Positions 16,969 through 27,487 are shown, counted from the stretch's first letter. The stretch is 64,000 nucleotides of DNA from Nitrospinaceae bacterium (GCA_965223665.1 OZ245011.1:224001-288000); one strand, 5' to 3'. Numbers and translations: made by a program. The notes: a model not told the origin generated them from the sequence alone.

Positions 16969-18207
16969 ATGACAAAAAGAATTAAAGTAATTGGGTTATT
17001 GCTTTTGACGGTTTGTGCCCAAGAAATCATTTATGTTCAGCCTTCATTCGGAAAAAGAAATATATTGAAGGATGTTTCAGTCAAAAGTGAACTGAATCGA
17101 GTTTCTTTGGAGTTAGAATTTGATAACCCAGTTCGCTACCGGTCTCCTCGTTATTTTTCCAAGACGATTCAAATAGATTTTCCATCTGCAAGTATTAACT
17201 CATCATATAAATATTTTCCTACATCCGACTCAGAATTGGTGCAAATTTATGCTTCTAGGTTGGATCCAAATACACTGCGTCTTCGCTTAATTTTAGAGGA
17301 TGGAGGAAGTGATGTTGAAAAAAGGTTTTCGATTAAAAGAAAAGGAAACTTTTTAAGGATGAGCTTAAAAAAGAACTCTGGCGGATTAGAGAGCCTTCTC
17401 GCAAGGGCGAATAAGATTAAAGAAATTCAAAAAAATGAAAACAATGATAGAAAACTTCAAAATGTATCTATAAAAGAGGATGGGCCAGAGAGCACCCAAA
17501 ATATAACTGGCAAAATCAAACAAAATGCTTCCTCGTTAACTAAGGAAATAAACAAAGGTTCTGAGTTGTTATCCGAAGTCGTCGGGAATAATTTATTAAA
17601 AAAGCAAAAAAATCTGGATGCTGAAGAAGAAAGTCCAAATAAAAAAGTGAAGGAAATTCTTGAATTAGAGTCAGATGAAAAAGAATATCCTGATCTGTTC
17701 TCAACTAGTTTAAAAATGTTCTATACCTTATCCATAGTATTGGGGGTAATGTTTATAGTTTATTATTTATTTAAGAAGTTTCTTTGGAGTAACGGTTCTT
17801 TTGGAAAAGATGCCAAGCCAATAAAAATATTATCTTCTGGGTTTTTGGCTCCCAAGAAAAGTATTGCATTAGTGGAGATTTCTGATCAGGTCCTCATAGT
17901 GGGAATATCAAATGATAATATTTCGCTGCTGGGAAATATTGATGATAAGGATAGAATTTTAAAAATAAAGGGAAAGTCGGGTTCCTTTGAAAAGTCTGAT
18001 AAAAATAAATTGGATTTAAACAAAAATAAAAAAGCTGGAAGCTTTCAAAATATTGCAAACAATAATCAAGAAAATAAAAAGCAATCCGGTTCTACAAACC
18101 CCTTTCCTGAGTACGTTAAAAAATATTCGTCCATAGAATCAAGTAAGTCCCTCTCAGAAAGGGAAATATCGCCTATGTCAAAAAAGAAAAAGGCGCAAAT
18201 AGCCTAA
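16969..18207 (+). CDS. fliO: Large FliO with N-terminal exported (AMIN-like) extension
   Basis: Lies between fliN and fliP. TM plus the LAPKKSIALVEI...LIVGIS...ISLL FliO core; long N-terminal region with a signal-like start. Confidence 0.8.
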   Translation: MTKRIKVIGLLLLTVCAQEIIYVQPSFGKRNILKDVSVKSELNRVSLELEFDNPVRYRSPRYFSKTIQIDFPSASINSSYKYFPTSDSELVQIYASRLDPNTLRLRLILEDGGSDVEKRFSIKRKGNFLRMSLKKNSGGLESLLARANKIKEIQKNENNDRKLQNVSIKEDGPESTQNITGKIKQNASSLTKEINKGSELLSEVVGNNLLKKQKNLDAEEESPNKKVKEILELESDEKEYPDLFSTSLKMFYTLSIVLGVMFIVYYLFKKFLWSNGSFGKDAKPIKILSSGFLAPKKSIALVEISDQVLIVGISNDNISLLGNIDDKDRILKIKGKSGSFEKSDKNKLDLNKNKKAGSFQNIANNNQENKKQSGSTNPFPEYVKKYSSIESSKSLSEREISPMSKKKKAQIA

Positions 18208-18968
18208 TGAATAAATGGATTAAATTTATTTTCATCTTTTTGGTTTTAATAGGAAATATTGTTCCAATTGTTGGAAATGAATTAGCATACGCTATTCCTC
18301 TTCCTACAGTGGAAATTGGTGTAGAAGATACGGATGAGCCAGAATCATTTTCTACTGCACTACAAGTGATGTTTCTTCTGACGGTGCTTACTCTAGCACC
18401 GTCCATATTAGTTTTAATGACATCTTTTTCAAGAATTGTCATTGTATTATCCTTTCTACGCCAAGCCATGGGAACGCAACAAACGCCGCCCACCCAAGTT
18501 CTCATCGGCTTGGCTCTTTTTCTTTCCTTTTTTGTGATGAGTCCGGTGATCTCAGAAATAAATGAACGTGCTCTTCAACCTTATCTAAAGGAGGAAATCA
18601 CCCAAAAAGAAGCATTTCAGATTGCACAGAATCCAATCAAAAGTTTTATGTTGAAGCAAACCCGGGAAAAAGACCTGGCCTTGTTTGTGAATATGTCAGA
18701 GCAGAAACCCAAAACTACTCAAGAGATTGGAATGCATGTAGTTGTCCCGGCTTTTGTAATAAGTGAATTAAAAACGGCCTTTCAAATTGGTTTTTTAATT
18801 TATATTCCTTTTTTGATTTTGGATATGGTTGTGGCAAGTATTCTGCTTTCAATGGGAATGATGATGCTTCCACCCGTTTTGATCTCCTTGCCTTTTAAAT
18901 TAATGCTTTTTGTAATGGTAGATGGATGGCACTTAACCGTAGGTTCCTTAGTAAAGAGTTTCTTTTAA
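18207..18968 (+). CDS. fliP: Flagellar export protein FliP
   Basis: MTSFSRIVIVLSFLRQAMG, ISELKTAFQIGF and LPFKLMLFV motifs. Confidence 0.97.
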   Translation: MNKWIKFIFIFLVLIGNIVPIVGNELAYAIPLPTVEIGVEDTDEPESFSTALQVMFLLTVLTLAPSILVLMTSFSRIVIVLSFLRQAMGTQQTPPTQVLIGLALFLSFFVMSPVISEINERALQPYLKEEITQKEAFQIAQNPIKSFMLKQTREKDLALFVNMSEQKPKTTQEIGMHVVVPAFVISELKTAFQIGFLIYIPFLILDMVVASILLSMGMMMLPPVLISLPFKLMLFVMVDGWHLTVGSLVKSFF

Positions 18969-18971
18969 GAT

Positions 18972-19241
18972 ATGACTGAGCAATTTATTATTGATTTTGC
19001 AATGGATGCTATTAGGACAACTTTATTGTTGTCAGCTCCTATGCTGGGATTTGGTCTGGTAACGGGTCTTTTGGTATCCATTTTCCAGGCAGTAACTTCA
19101 ATCCAAGAATTAACTTTAACGTTTGTCCCTAAAATTTTGGCGGTGTTTTTTGCTTTGATTTTATTTTTCCCCTGGTTGATAAAAGTAATGCTTAACTTTA
19201 CTGAAAAAATTCTAACTCAATTTCCTTCTTTCGTTGGTTAA
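18972..19241 (+). CDS. fliQ: Flagellar export protein FliQ
   Basis: FQAVTSIQELTLTFVPK. Confidence 0.96.
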   Translation: MTEQFIIDFAMDAIRTTLLLSAPMLGFGLVTGLLVSIFQAVTSIQELTLTFVPKILAVFFALILFFPWLIKVMLNFTEKILTQFPSFVG

Positions 19242-20017
19242 TGGATATTTTTAGCTTCAATTATGAAGAATTTGAAAGATTTTTATTTGTTTTTTTTAGA
19301 GTAGCAGCCTTTATTCTATTTGTTCCTATTTTAGGGAGTCGACAATTCCCAGCACGGGTGAAGATTGGATTTATTTTTTTATTAAGTTTGAGTGTTTATC
19401 CATTAATCCAAAAAATAAATCTTTCTATTCCTATGGATATGTGGGAATTAAGTATTCGATTAATTTCTGAATCATTTGTGGGATTGGCCATAGCTTTTGT
19501 AACTCGATTGGTTTTTACGGCAGTTCAAGTTGCCGGCACAGTGGTTGATTTTCAAATGGGATTTGGTGTCGTTAATGTCATAGACCCACAGACTGAATCT
19601 CAAGTTTCAATAACGGCTCAATTTCAGAATATTTTCGCCATCCTTCTTTACTTAGTTTTGAATGCGCATCACATAACTATTTATGCGTTAGTAGAAAGTT
19701 TTCAATTGATTAATCCCCAACAAATTAGTTTTTCAGAAAATACTTTGGGATTGATTCTTCAATTATTTAAGGCGACCTTTGTGGTTTCAGTGAAAATAGC
19801 TGCGCCCATCATGGGAATTCTATTTTTTATTAGTGTTGGGCTAGGTTTAATAGCAAGGGCTGTTCCTCAAATGAATGTTTTTATTGTTGGTTTCCCTTTG
19901 CAAATTGGAATGGGTTTGGTCACGATTGGTTTAACAATGACTTTGTTCGGTATGATTTTTAAGCATCAAGTGACCCAACTTCCCTTTTGGTTAAATGGTT
20001 TGATGCGAACTATGTGA
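19241..20017 (+). CDS. fliR: Flagellar export protein FliR
   Basis: DFQMGFG and RAVPQMNVFIVGFP motifs. Confidence 0.96.
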   Translation: MDIFSFNYEEFERFLFVFFRVAAFILFVPILGSRQFPARVKIGFIFLLSLSVYPLIQKINLSIPMDMWELSIRLISESFVGLAIAFVTRLVFTAVQVAGTVVDFQMGFGVVNVIDPQTESQVSITAQFQNIFAILLYLVLNAHHITIYALVESFQLINPQQISFSENTLGLILQLFKATFVVSVKIAAPIMGILFFISVGLGLIARAVPQMNVFIVGFPLQIGMGLVTIGLTMTLFGMIFKHQVTQLPFWLNGLMRTM

Positions 20018-20049
20018 GGGATAAATAGCAAGGCAAGGTTAATTTCTTA

Positions 20050-21123
20050 ATGGACGAACAAGGCCAAGACCAAAAAACCGAAGAACCTACTTCGAAGAGA
20101 ATCCAGGATTCGCAAGAAAAAGGAAACTTCGCAAATAGCCGAGAGTTGACTTCAACTGTTATTCTTCTCATGGCAATTCTATCGTTTTCTCTTGCCGGAT
20201 CTTTTAGCGCAAAACGGTTGTTGGGAACCTGGAACTACATTATTAACCAGTCTTTCGCCATTGGGTCCAGTACTGAAGATCTGCATTCACTATTAATGTG
20301 GATATTAAAAAATATACTTATGATTTTAAGTCCTATTTTGCTTTCAATTATGTTTGGTGGAATACTGGCCAATTTAATTCAGACTGGTGGCCCAAAGTTT
20401 TCTTTGCATCCCTTAAAACTGAAATTCAATAAACTTAATCCATTAAAAGGCGTAAAAAGAATATTCTCTAGTACCGCCTTAATGGAACTTTTTAAATCCA
20501 TCTTTAAAATATCAATTATTGCTTTAATTTCATTTTTTACTGTTAAGGGAAGATTTCAAGAAATTCCTGCTTTGATGGATATGGGGGTTGGGCAAATACT
20601 CCATTTTCTAGGTGAAGTTGGATTAGAGATCATGATCAAAGTTTTATTGGTCATGGCGTTTTTAGCGATTATAGACTTTGTTTTTCAAAAATATACTTAT
20701 ATTAAAAATTTAAGAATGACAAAGCAGGAAGTAAAGGATGAAAGAAAAGATACGGAAGGAAATCCTCAAGTCAAACAAAGAGTGAGAAGTGTTCAACTTG
20801 ATATGATGAAGCGTCGAATGATGTCTGCAGTTCCAGATGCGGATGTAGTCGTGACTAACCCAACTCATATTGCTGTAGCTATCCAGTATGATCATAAGAA
20901 TTTTGACGCTCCTTTAGTTGTAGCAAAAGGCAGTGGGCAAATTGCCGAAAATATTAAAAAATTAGCAAAAGAAAACGATATTCCTTTAGTAGAGGATAAA
21001 CCTTTGGCGCGGCTATTATTTCAAACTGTAGAAATAGGTCAAATGATTCCTGCAAAGCTTTATCGTGCTGTTGCTGAAATTCTTGCTTACGTATTTCGGT
21101 TAAAAGGGAAAACTCTGGTATGA
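20050..21123 (+). CDS. flhB: Flagellar export protein FlhB
   Basis: KTEEPT and EGNPQVK motifs; NPTH autocleavage site. Confidence 0.97.
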   Translation: MDEQGQDQKTEEPTSKRIQDSQEKGNFANSRELTSTVILLMAILSFSLAGSFSAKRLLGTWNYIINQSFAIGSSTEDLHSLLMWILKNILMILSPILLSIMFGGILANLIQTGGPKFSLHPLKLKFNKLNPLKGVKRIFSSTALMELFKSIFKISIIALISFFTVKGRFQEIPALMDMGVGQILHFLGEVGLEIMIKVLLVMAFLAIIDFVFQKYTYIKNLRMTKQEVKDERKDTEGNPQVKQRVRSVQLDMMKRRMMSAVPDADVVVTNPTHIAVAIQYDHKNFDAPLVVAKGSGQIAENIKKLAKENDIPLVEDKPLARLLFQTVEIGQMIPAKLYRAVAEILAYVFRLKGKTLV

Positions 21124-21278
21124 AGATTGCTTAATAAAGGCATTCAATCTTTTTGGAAACAATTTTGTCGGTCGATTCAGATGGGATTTGAAAATTCATT
21201 GAAAAACCCCCGAATAGCATAATGCAATAAATTTTAATTATAAAATTTTCCGTCAAAAAATTGATTTAGAAAGGTCTA

Positions 21279-23363
21279 ATGACTTCACAAATTCAAAAGA
21301 TAATGTTGGTACGTCCCAATGAAATGGGAGTAGCACTTGGAATGATAACCATTCTAGTAGTTATGGTGATTCCAATTCCAACTTTTATGTTGGATCTTCT
21401 TTTGTCGTTTAGTTTGACGTTTTCCCTGATTATTTTAATGGTTTCCATTTTTATGCTTGGGCCACTTGAGTTTTCTGTTTTTCCTTCTCTTTTGTTAGTA
21501 GTGACCTTGGTACGTTTATCCTTAAATGTAGCTTCTACACGTATTATTCTTCTTCATGGAAATGAGGGGCCTACAGCAGCAGGGCAAGTCATAAAATCAT
21601 TTGGAGCCTTTGTGGTAGGAGGAAATTATGTTGTTGGTACGGTAATATTCATTATCTTAGTCCTTATCAACTTTATTGTAATTACCAAAGGATCCGTTCG
21701 TACTTCAGAAGTTGCCGCTCGATTCACCTTGGATGCGATACCCGGTAAACAGATGAGCATAGATGCAGATTTGAATGCTGGGATCATTACTGAGCAGGAA
21801 GCACGCCAGCGCCGCCGGACATTAGAGAGAGAAGCGGATTTTTATGGTGCAATGGATGGTTCTATACGGTTTGTCAGAGGAGATGCGATTGCGGGAATTT
21901 TGATTACGATAATTAATGTGCTGGGTGGGTTTGCCATAGGTGTATTTCAACAAGAAATGGCAGTAAATGAAGCCGCAAAAATTTATACGCTATTAACCAT
22001 CGGAGATGGTTTAGTGACGCAACTTCCAGCGTTGGTGGTTTCAACCGCCGCTGGTATAGTGGTTACTCGGGCAACTTCAGAAAAAAATCTCCCTCAAGAA
22101 TTAATATCGCAAATGATAAACAACCCTGCAGCGTTTTCTATTGCTGCGGCCGTTCTCTTTTTCTTCGGACTTATTCCCGGCCTTCCTCATGTTCCTTTTT
22201 TCCTTCTATCCTTCGGAGCAGGAATTATCAGTTATCAATTATTTCGAGAGAGGCAAAAGAAAGAAGTAGTTCAGCAAAAGAAATTGGAAGAAGAAAAGAA
22301 AGCACCGGTTCAAGAAAAAGTGGAATCTATTTTGCCACTGGACATTATGGAATTAGAAGTAGGTTATGAATTGATACCTTTGGTGGATGCGGATCGAAAT
22401 GGCGAATTGCTAGACCGGATTAAATCTATTCGACGTCAATTTGCCTTAGAAATGGGATTTATCGTACCTCCTTTGCATATCAGAGATAATCTGCAATTAA
22501 AATCCAATGAATATGCCATATTAATTAAAGGGGTTGAGATAGCACGTGGGAACATCATGATGGGAAGGTTTTTGGCTATGAGTCCTGGTAAAACGGATCG
22601 TCAAATTGATGGAGTGAAAACTCAGGAGCCTACTTTTGGATTACCGGCTGTTTGGATTACCGGGGCCGCAAAACAAGAAGCTCAAGTTGCGGGATATACG
22701 GTAGTTGACCCTGCAACCGTCATTACCACCCATATAAAGGAAACCATTAAACGGAATGCGTTGGAACTATTAGGCCGTCAAGAAGTTCAGGCTTTAATAG
22801 ATAAATTTAAAGAATCCAACCCCAAGGTTGTAGAGGAATTGATTCCAAATCTTATGAGTTTAGGCAAAGTTCAAAAGGTTCTTCAAAATTTATTAAAAGA
22901 ACAAATATCAATTAGAGATTTACGTTCCATACTTGAGACATTAGCTGATTTTGCACCCAAAGTTGAAGATCCCGACATTTTAACAGAATATGTTCGCCAA
23001 GCTTTAGCAAGACCTATAACAAAGCAATATGCCTCACGTGATGGAAGCTTATCGGTTTTAACATTAGAAAGAAATGTTGAGGATATTATAGAGAAATCTA
23101 TTCAAAAAACTGAGGTTTCTACATTTTTAGCACTTGAACCAACCGTTGCAGAACGGTTGCTTACCAAAATTAAAGAGGCTGTAGAGGGGGTCACTCCCAT
23201 GATAGATTCTACCCCTATTTTACTGTCTTCTCCGATTGTCCGTATGTATCTACGCCGTTTAACAGAAAGGTTCATGCCAGATTTAGTGGTTCTTTCTCAT
23301 AGTGAGATTTTACCAACCGCACAAATTAAGACTCTAAAGGTAGTGACTCTAAATGCGAATTAA
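21279..23363 (+). CDS. flhA: Flagellar export protein FlhA
   Basis: EVAARFTLDAIPGKQMSIDADLNAG and FYGAMDG motifs. Confidence 0.97.
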   Translation: MTSQIQKIMLVRPNEMGVALGMITILVVMVIPIPTFMLDLLLSFSLTFSLIILMVSIFMLGPLEFSVFPSLLLVVTLVRLSLNVASTRIILLHGNEGPTAAGQVIKSFGAFVVGGNYVVGTVIFIILVLINFIVITKGSVRTSEVAARFTLDAIPGKQMSIDADLNAGIITEQEARQRRRTLEREADFYGAMDGSIRFVRGDAIAGILITIINVLGGFAIGVFQQEMAVNEAAKIYTLLTIGDGLVTQLPALVVSTAAGIVVTRATSEKNLPQELISQMINNPAAFSIAAAVLFFFGLIPGLPHVPFFLLSFGAGIISYQLFRERQKKEVVQQKKLEEEKKAPVQEKVESILPLDIMELEVGYELIPLVDADRNGELLDRIKSIRRQFALEMGFIVPPLHIRDNLQLKSNEYAILIKGVEIARGNIMMGRFLAMSPGKTDRQIDGVKTQEPTFGLPAVWITGAAKQEAQVAGYTVVDPATVITTHIKETIKRNALELLGRQEVQALIDKFKESNPKVVEELIPNLMSLGKVQKVLQNLLKEQISIRDLRSILETLADFAPKVEDPDILTEYVRQALARPITKQYASRDGSLSVLTLERNVEDIIEKSIQKTEVSTFLALEPTVAERLLTKIKEAVEGVTPMIDSTPILLSSPIVRMYLRRLTERFMPDLVVLSHSEILPTAQIKTLKVVTLNAN

Positions 23364-24450
23364 AAAATACATTGCAGAAAACTATGTAAAAGCTTTGAAG
23401 AATGTTAAGCAGGAATTGGGGGAAGATGCCTTGGTTCTCTCTACCCGTTCCATTAAATATGACCCAAGTAACGGAGGCCCCCAGAATGCTTCAATGGTTG
23501 AAATTACTGCAGCTATGGAACGGGAAGATTTAAAAGAAAAAACGGTGACATCTACATTTGAGAAAAACACCAATCTTCCAACCGTGTTCGAAGAGCATGA
23601 TGAAATTGGAGAGTTGCATACTTTAATTCGGTCTTTGGTGCCTCAAACCGAAAGAGCAAAATCGATTGGTTTGCATAATGGACAATTGAAAATGTTTCAA
23701 AAATTAACCCAAAATGGAATCAATGAGCAATTAGCAGCCCTCGCATTTAAGCAGATCAATCGATATGGGAAAAAAGAGACTTCAATTCCCATTCCTTTAG
23801 AAGAGCAACTGGGAAAATTGATGAAAAAGGGAGTTCGCTGTGGTGGCCCGATTTCACTTAACGAATGGGGACCTAAAATTGTCGCTCTCGTGGGACCCAC
23901 AGGCTCTGGAAAAACAACCACAATTGCCAAATTAGGAGCTGAATTTGCTTTAAAACAAAAAAAGAAAGTTGCCTTCATTTCATTAGATACCTTTAGGCTG
24001 GGTGCGGTTGAGCAATTGCAAATATATGGGGATTTGATGCAAGTGCCTGTAGAAGTTGCTGCAGATCAAAAAGATTTTAATCAATTGATAGAAGATCACT
24101 CAGACAAAGATCTTATTTTAATAGACACTATGGGTCGAAATAACAAGGATGTTCAATATTGTGAAGAATTAATAGAGATTTTTAAAACCGTTTCAAACAT
24201 TGAAATTCATTTGGTTCAAAGTGTGACCTCTCAAGAGCAGGTCATGGAAAAAACAATTAAGCAATTTTCTGGTTTAAATGTGGACCGTTTATTGTTCACC
24301 AAACTAGATGAAGGAGTAAATTTTGGACTTTTATTCAATGTTTCTGTGCGTTTTAAAGTTCCTTTTTCTTACTTTACCACTGGACAAAGGGTTCCAGAAG
24401 ATATTGAAATTGCAGGGCAAACCAAGGTAATTCGTTTGATTTTTAATTAA
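23353..24450 (+). CDS. flhF: SRP-family GTPase FlhF
   Basis: GPTGSGKTTT, DTMGR, TKLDE and GQRVPEDI motifs. Confidence 0.95.
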   Translation: MRIKKYIAENYVKALKNVKQELGEDALVLSTRSIKYDPSNGGPQNASMVEITAAMEREDLKEKTVTSTFEKNTNLPTVFEEHDEIGELHTLIRSLVPQTERAKSIGLHNGQLKMFQKLTQNGINEQLAALAFKQINRYGKKETSIPIPLEEQLGKLMKKGVRCGGPISLNEWGPKIVALVGPTGSGKTTTIAKLGAEFALKQKKKVAFISLDTFRLGAVEQLQIYGDLMQVPVEVAADQKDFNQLIEDHSDKDLILIDTMGRNNKDVQYCEELIEIFKTVSNIEIHLVQSVTSQEQVMEKTIKQFSGLNVDRLLFTKLDEGVNFGLLFNVSVRFKVPFSYFTTGQRVPEDIEIAGQTKVIRLIFN

Positions 24451-24490
24451 TTTAGGCTTACATTAAATTATAGCCTCATCAAAAGAGAAT

Positions 24491-25369
24491 ATGCGACAAG
24501 TAGCTTCAACAGGCCAGCAGGCTAATACATTAAAAAGGATGGTTAAGTCCGGTTCAATATCTCAACCCCCAAAAGTTTTAGCGGTGAGCAGTGGAAAAGG
24601 AGGGGTCGGCAAAACCAGTTTAGTAGCAAATTTAGCATACGAATTAGGTAGTCAGGGGTTCAAAGTTCTAATATTCGATGCAGATATTGGTTTAAATAAT
24701 ATTGATATTCTTTTAGGGTTAGCTTCCCCTTATCATATTGGGCATGTTTTGTCAGGGGAAAAGAAACTAGAAGAAGTAATCATCCAAGGTCCAAAAAAAG
24801 TGGATGTACTTCCGGCAAGTAATGGATGGCAAGAATTAACCACTTTGGATAATGAAAAAAAAATGGTCCTTATGGATAAATTGGACCAGATAAGTTTTAA
24901 ATATGATTTTATTATTTTTGATACAGGAGCGGGAATATCTTCTAACGTAACTTACTTTTGTAGCGCTGCTCATGAAATTATTTTAGTGGCGACAACAGAA
25001 CCCACTTCTCATACGGATGTTTATGCTCTTATGAAGGTGCTCTTTCAGAATCATCATCAAAAAAGATTTCGGCTGATTGTGAATTCTGTTAAAAGTGAAA
25101 GAGAAGCCAAAGAAGTATTTCAAAGATTATCCAACGTGGTTGATCGATTTTTAACTCACGTTTCAATAGATTATTTGGGGTTTGTTCCTTACGACCCAAA
25201 TGTATCCAGGGCAGTTCGCCAGCAAAAAGCTATTTTAGAGCTCTATCCACATTCTACTATCTGCAAAGGACTACAAAAATTATGCGCTAAATTGATAAAG
25301 GAGCGTAATTTATCACCAGAATCAAGTGATAGTCCATTTCTTTGGAATCAGGTGTTTCAAGTACAATGA
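24491..25369 (+). CDS. flhG: MinD-like ATPase FlhG/FleN
   Basis: SGKGGVGKT, DADIGL and DTGAG motifs; follows flhF. Confidence 0.93.
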   Translation: MRQVASTGQQANTLKRMVKSGSISQPPKVLAVSSGKGGVGKTSLVANLAYELGSQGFKVLIFDADIGLNNIDILLGLASPYHIGHVLSGEKKLEEVIIQGPKKVDVLPASNGWQELTTLDNEKKMVLMDKLDQISFKYDFIIFDTGAGISSNVTYFCSAAHEIILVATTEPTSHTDVYALMKVLFQNHHQKRFRLIVNSVKSEREAKEVFQRLSNVVDRFLTHVSIDYLGFVPYDPNVSRAVRQQKAILELYPHSTICKGLQKLCAKLIKERNLSPESSDSPFLWNQVFQVQ

Positions 25370-25626
25370 ATGATTTAGTTGTAAAAAAAGTTACATTGTT
25401 ATTTGCATTATTTGCATTTTCATTTATTACTGTAGGTAGTTGGGTTTATGGTGCTCAAATTGGAACTGCCATATTTAGAGGAGTGGAAGGATTTGCAATT
25501 TTTGGGTTATTGGCATGGCTGGTAGGTAAACGTTTGATGGCAACAAATTTTGAAAACTATGATATGCCGGAAGCCCTGCCGGATGACTCTGAAAAAAATG
25601 AAGAGAATATTGATAAATCAGCATAA
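25366..25626 (+). CDS. Hypothetical 2-TM membrane protein in the flagellar operon
   Basis: ATG overlaps the flhG stop (ATGA); two hydrophobic helices and an acidic tail. Confidence 0.7.
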   Translation: MNDLVVKKVTLLFALFAFSFITVGSWVYGAQIGTAIFRGVEGFAIFGLLAWLVGKRLMATNFENYDMPEALPDDSEKNEENIDKSA

Positions 25627-25641
25627 CTTAGTGGAAAATTC

Positions 25642-26403
25642 ATGATTCAAAAACCTCAGGCCCCAGAAGCAGTTGAAATTTGCCCAGAGAATACTGAAGA
25701 AATAATTAAGGTATATTCTCCAATGATCAAATATGTTGCTAATAGAATCGCTCTTCGTCTGCCACCTCATATTGAAGTGGATGACTTAATCAGTGTTGGA
25801 GTCCTTGGACTTATAGATGCCATAGAAAAATATGACCCCACTCGCGGGGCTAAGTTTAAAACCTATGCAGAATTTCGAGTTCGCGGATCCATCCTGGATG
25901 AGTTGAGATCTTTGGATTGGGTTCCACGATCGGTTCGACAGAAGGCAGCAAATATGGAGGCTGTTACACAAAGACTTCAAGCACGGTTTGGACGCCCTCC
26001 TGAGGACGAAGAAATGGCAGAAGAAATGGGTGTTAGTTTGGAAGACTTTTTTGAAACATTAAATGAAACCCGTAGTATGCCTATCATTAGCTTGGATGAC
26101 TTAGGAATAAATAAAGAATCAGGTGAACAACAAAGTTTAATTGAGTGCTTAGCAGGAAAAGGGGATGTAGACCCTCAAACTCAGATTCGTCTAAATGAGC
26201 TTAAGCACATTATTGCAACTGCAATTGATTCCCTGCCGGAAAAAGAAAGATTGATGATTTCTTTATATTATTACGAAGAGCTTACGATGAAGGAAATTGG
26301 GGAAGTGCTAGGTATTACCGAATCCCGTGTTTCGCAAATTCATTCAAAAGCAGTCTTACGTTTAAGGACAAAATTAAAATCTCTTATTGCTGAAGAGGTA
26401 TGA
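25642..26403 (+). CDS. fliA: Flagellar sigma factor sigma28
   Basis: DELRSLDWVPRSVR and LTMKEIGEVLGITESRVSQIH motifs. Confidence 0.96.
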   Translation: MIQKPQAPEAVEICPENTEEIIKVYSPMIKYVANRIALRLPPHIEVDDLISVGVLGLIDAIEKYDPTRGAKFKTYAEFRVRGSILDELRSLDWVPRSVRQKAANMEAVTQRLQARFGRPPEDEEMAEEMGVSLEDFFETLNETRSMPIISLDDLGINKESGEQQSLIECLAGKGDVDPQTQIRLNELKHIIATAIDSLPEKERLMISLYYYEELTMKEIGEVLGITESRVSQIHSKAVLRLRTKLKSLIAEEV

Positions 26404-26404
26404 T

Positions 26405-27487
26405 TTATAACTGGTTTTTAAAAATCTTGTTTAGGCAATTTGGATTAGGATGCATATAGTCATAAAATTCGGTTGGAAGGTACGCCATCTTTTTGGGACG
26501 GTAGCTCCCAAAAATTTTTATCCCCAATTCATTTGCTATTAAGTTAACTTTCTTTTCTACGTTTTCTAAATAAATAGAAAATTTGCGATATTTTTCTTTA
26601 AAACTATTATGATGATAAGGAGTAAGAACAAAGTAAATTTTTATATTCTTCTTAATATTTCTAAGAAAACTTTTGAATTGACGAATTAAGTTTTCATCAA
26701 AATATTTCCCATAAATTTTGTAGCTAGGTTTTTTTTCGTAATTCTTATTAGTCTTATTCTTTTCTAAATAATCCTTTGTATATTGATGACTTCCATCTTT
26801 GAGTTTGCAGGGTATATTGCAGGGATGAAATAAAGGATTTTTGACCAACTTTTGATACTGAAGCTTGGAAGAAGATTCGAAACTTAAGCCTTCACGCTTT
26901 ATATACCTATACGTGTGAAGAGAATATTCGAAATTTAGTAGATTTAATAAAAGGTTGGAGTTAATAGCAGTCTTTTTAAAATTAGGTTTATTGATTTTAT
27001 TTTTAATCAAAAAAGAATTTAGTATGTCGGTATTTATTGTATATCTTTTGTCCATATCCCATTTCAGTGTCCATGGGTCTATGCCTAATAATAGTTTTTT
27101 AGGAAGTTTGTTGTTTTTGTAAAGTATTTCATAAAAAATAAATAGATCTTCAATTGATCCACCACTTACTCCTAAGTTTAAGAAGCTTTTACACAGATTT
27201 TTTAAATATGACCCTCTTAATATACTTAATTGCATAATATGACTAGAGCCAATTGCAATGCAATCTTGTGGTTTGGAATTTTTAGCTAAAAGTGTTGCCA
27301 AGTAACGTTCATTTCCTTTCCAAGATATGCCGTATTTGGATTTATTAAAGACCTCAAAAACCTTGCCACCGGAATTTTTTAAAAAGTAAATTCTTCCCGG
27401 ATCAATAAAGTAATTTAACGTTGCAATTAAGGTAAGAGAAAAGACGACAATTAAAATAAATGAGAAAATAAAGTTTTTGTTTTGCAT
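26405..27487 (-). CDS. Hypothetical membrane-anchored SGNH-like protein (MBOAT partner)
   Basis: N-terminal TM with NYFIDP, then IGSSH, NLGVSG and a C-terminal DYMH (DxxH); lies directly downstream of the MBOAT gene. Confidence 0.6.
   Translation of the reverse strand: MQNKNFIFSFILIVVFSLTLIATLNYFIDPGRIYFLKNSGGKVFEVFNKSKYGISWKGNERYLATLLAKNSKPQDCIAIGSSHIMQLSILRGSYLKNLCKSFLNLGVSGGSIEDLFIFYEILYKNNKLPKKLLLGIDPWTLKWDMDKRYTINTDILNSFLIKNKINKPNFKKTAINSNLLLNLLNFEYSLHTYRYIKREGLSFESSSKLQYQKLVKNPLFHPCNIPCKLKDGSHQYTKDYLEKNKTNKNYEKKPSYKIYGKYFDENLIRQFKSFLRNIKKNIKIYFVLTPYHHNSFKEKYRKFSIYLENVEKKVNLIANELGIKIFGSYRPKKMAYLPTEFYDYMHPNPNCLNKIFKNQL

Noticed and set aside
21154-21169. TGGAAA-CAATT-TTGTC as a sigma54 promoter for flhA
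   Set aside because: Both elements deviate (GGAAA, and GT at -12); too weak to call.
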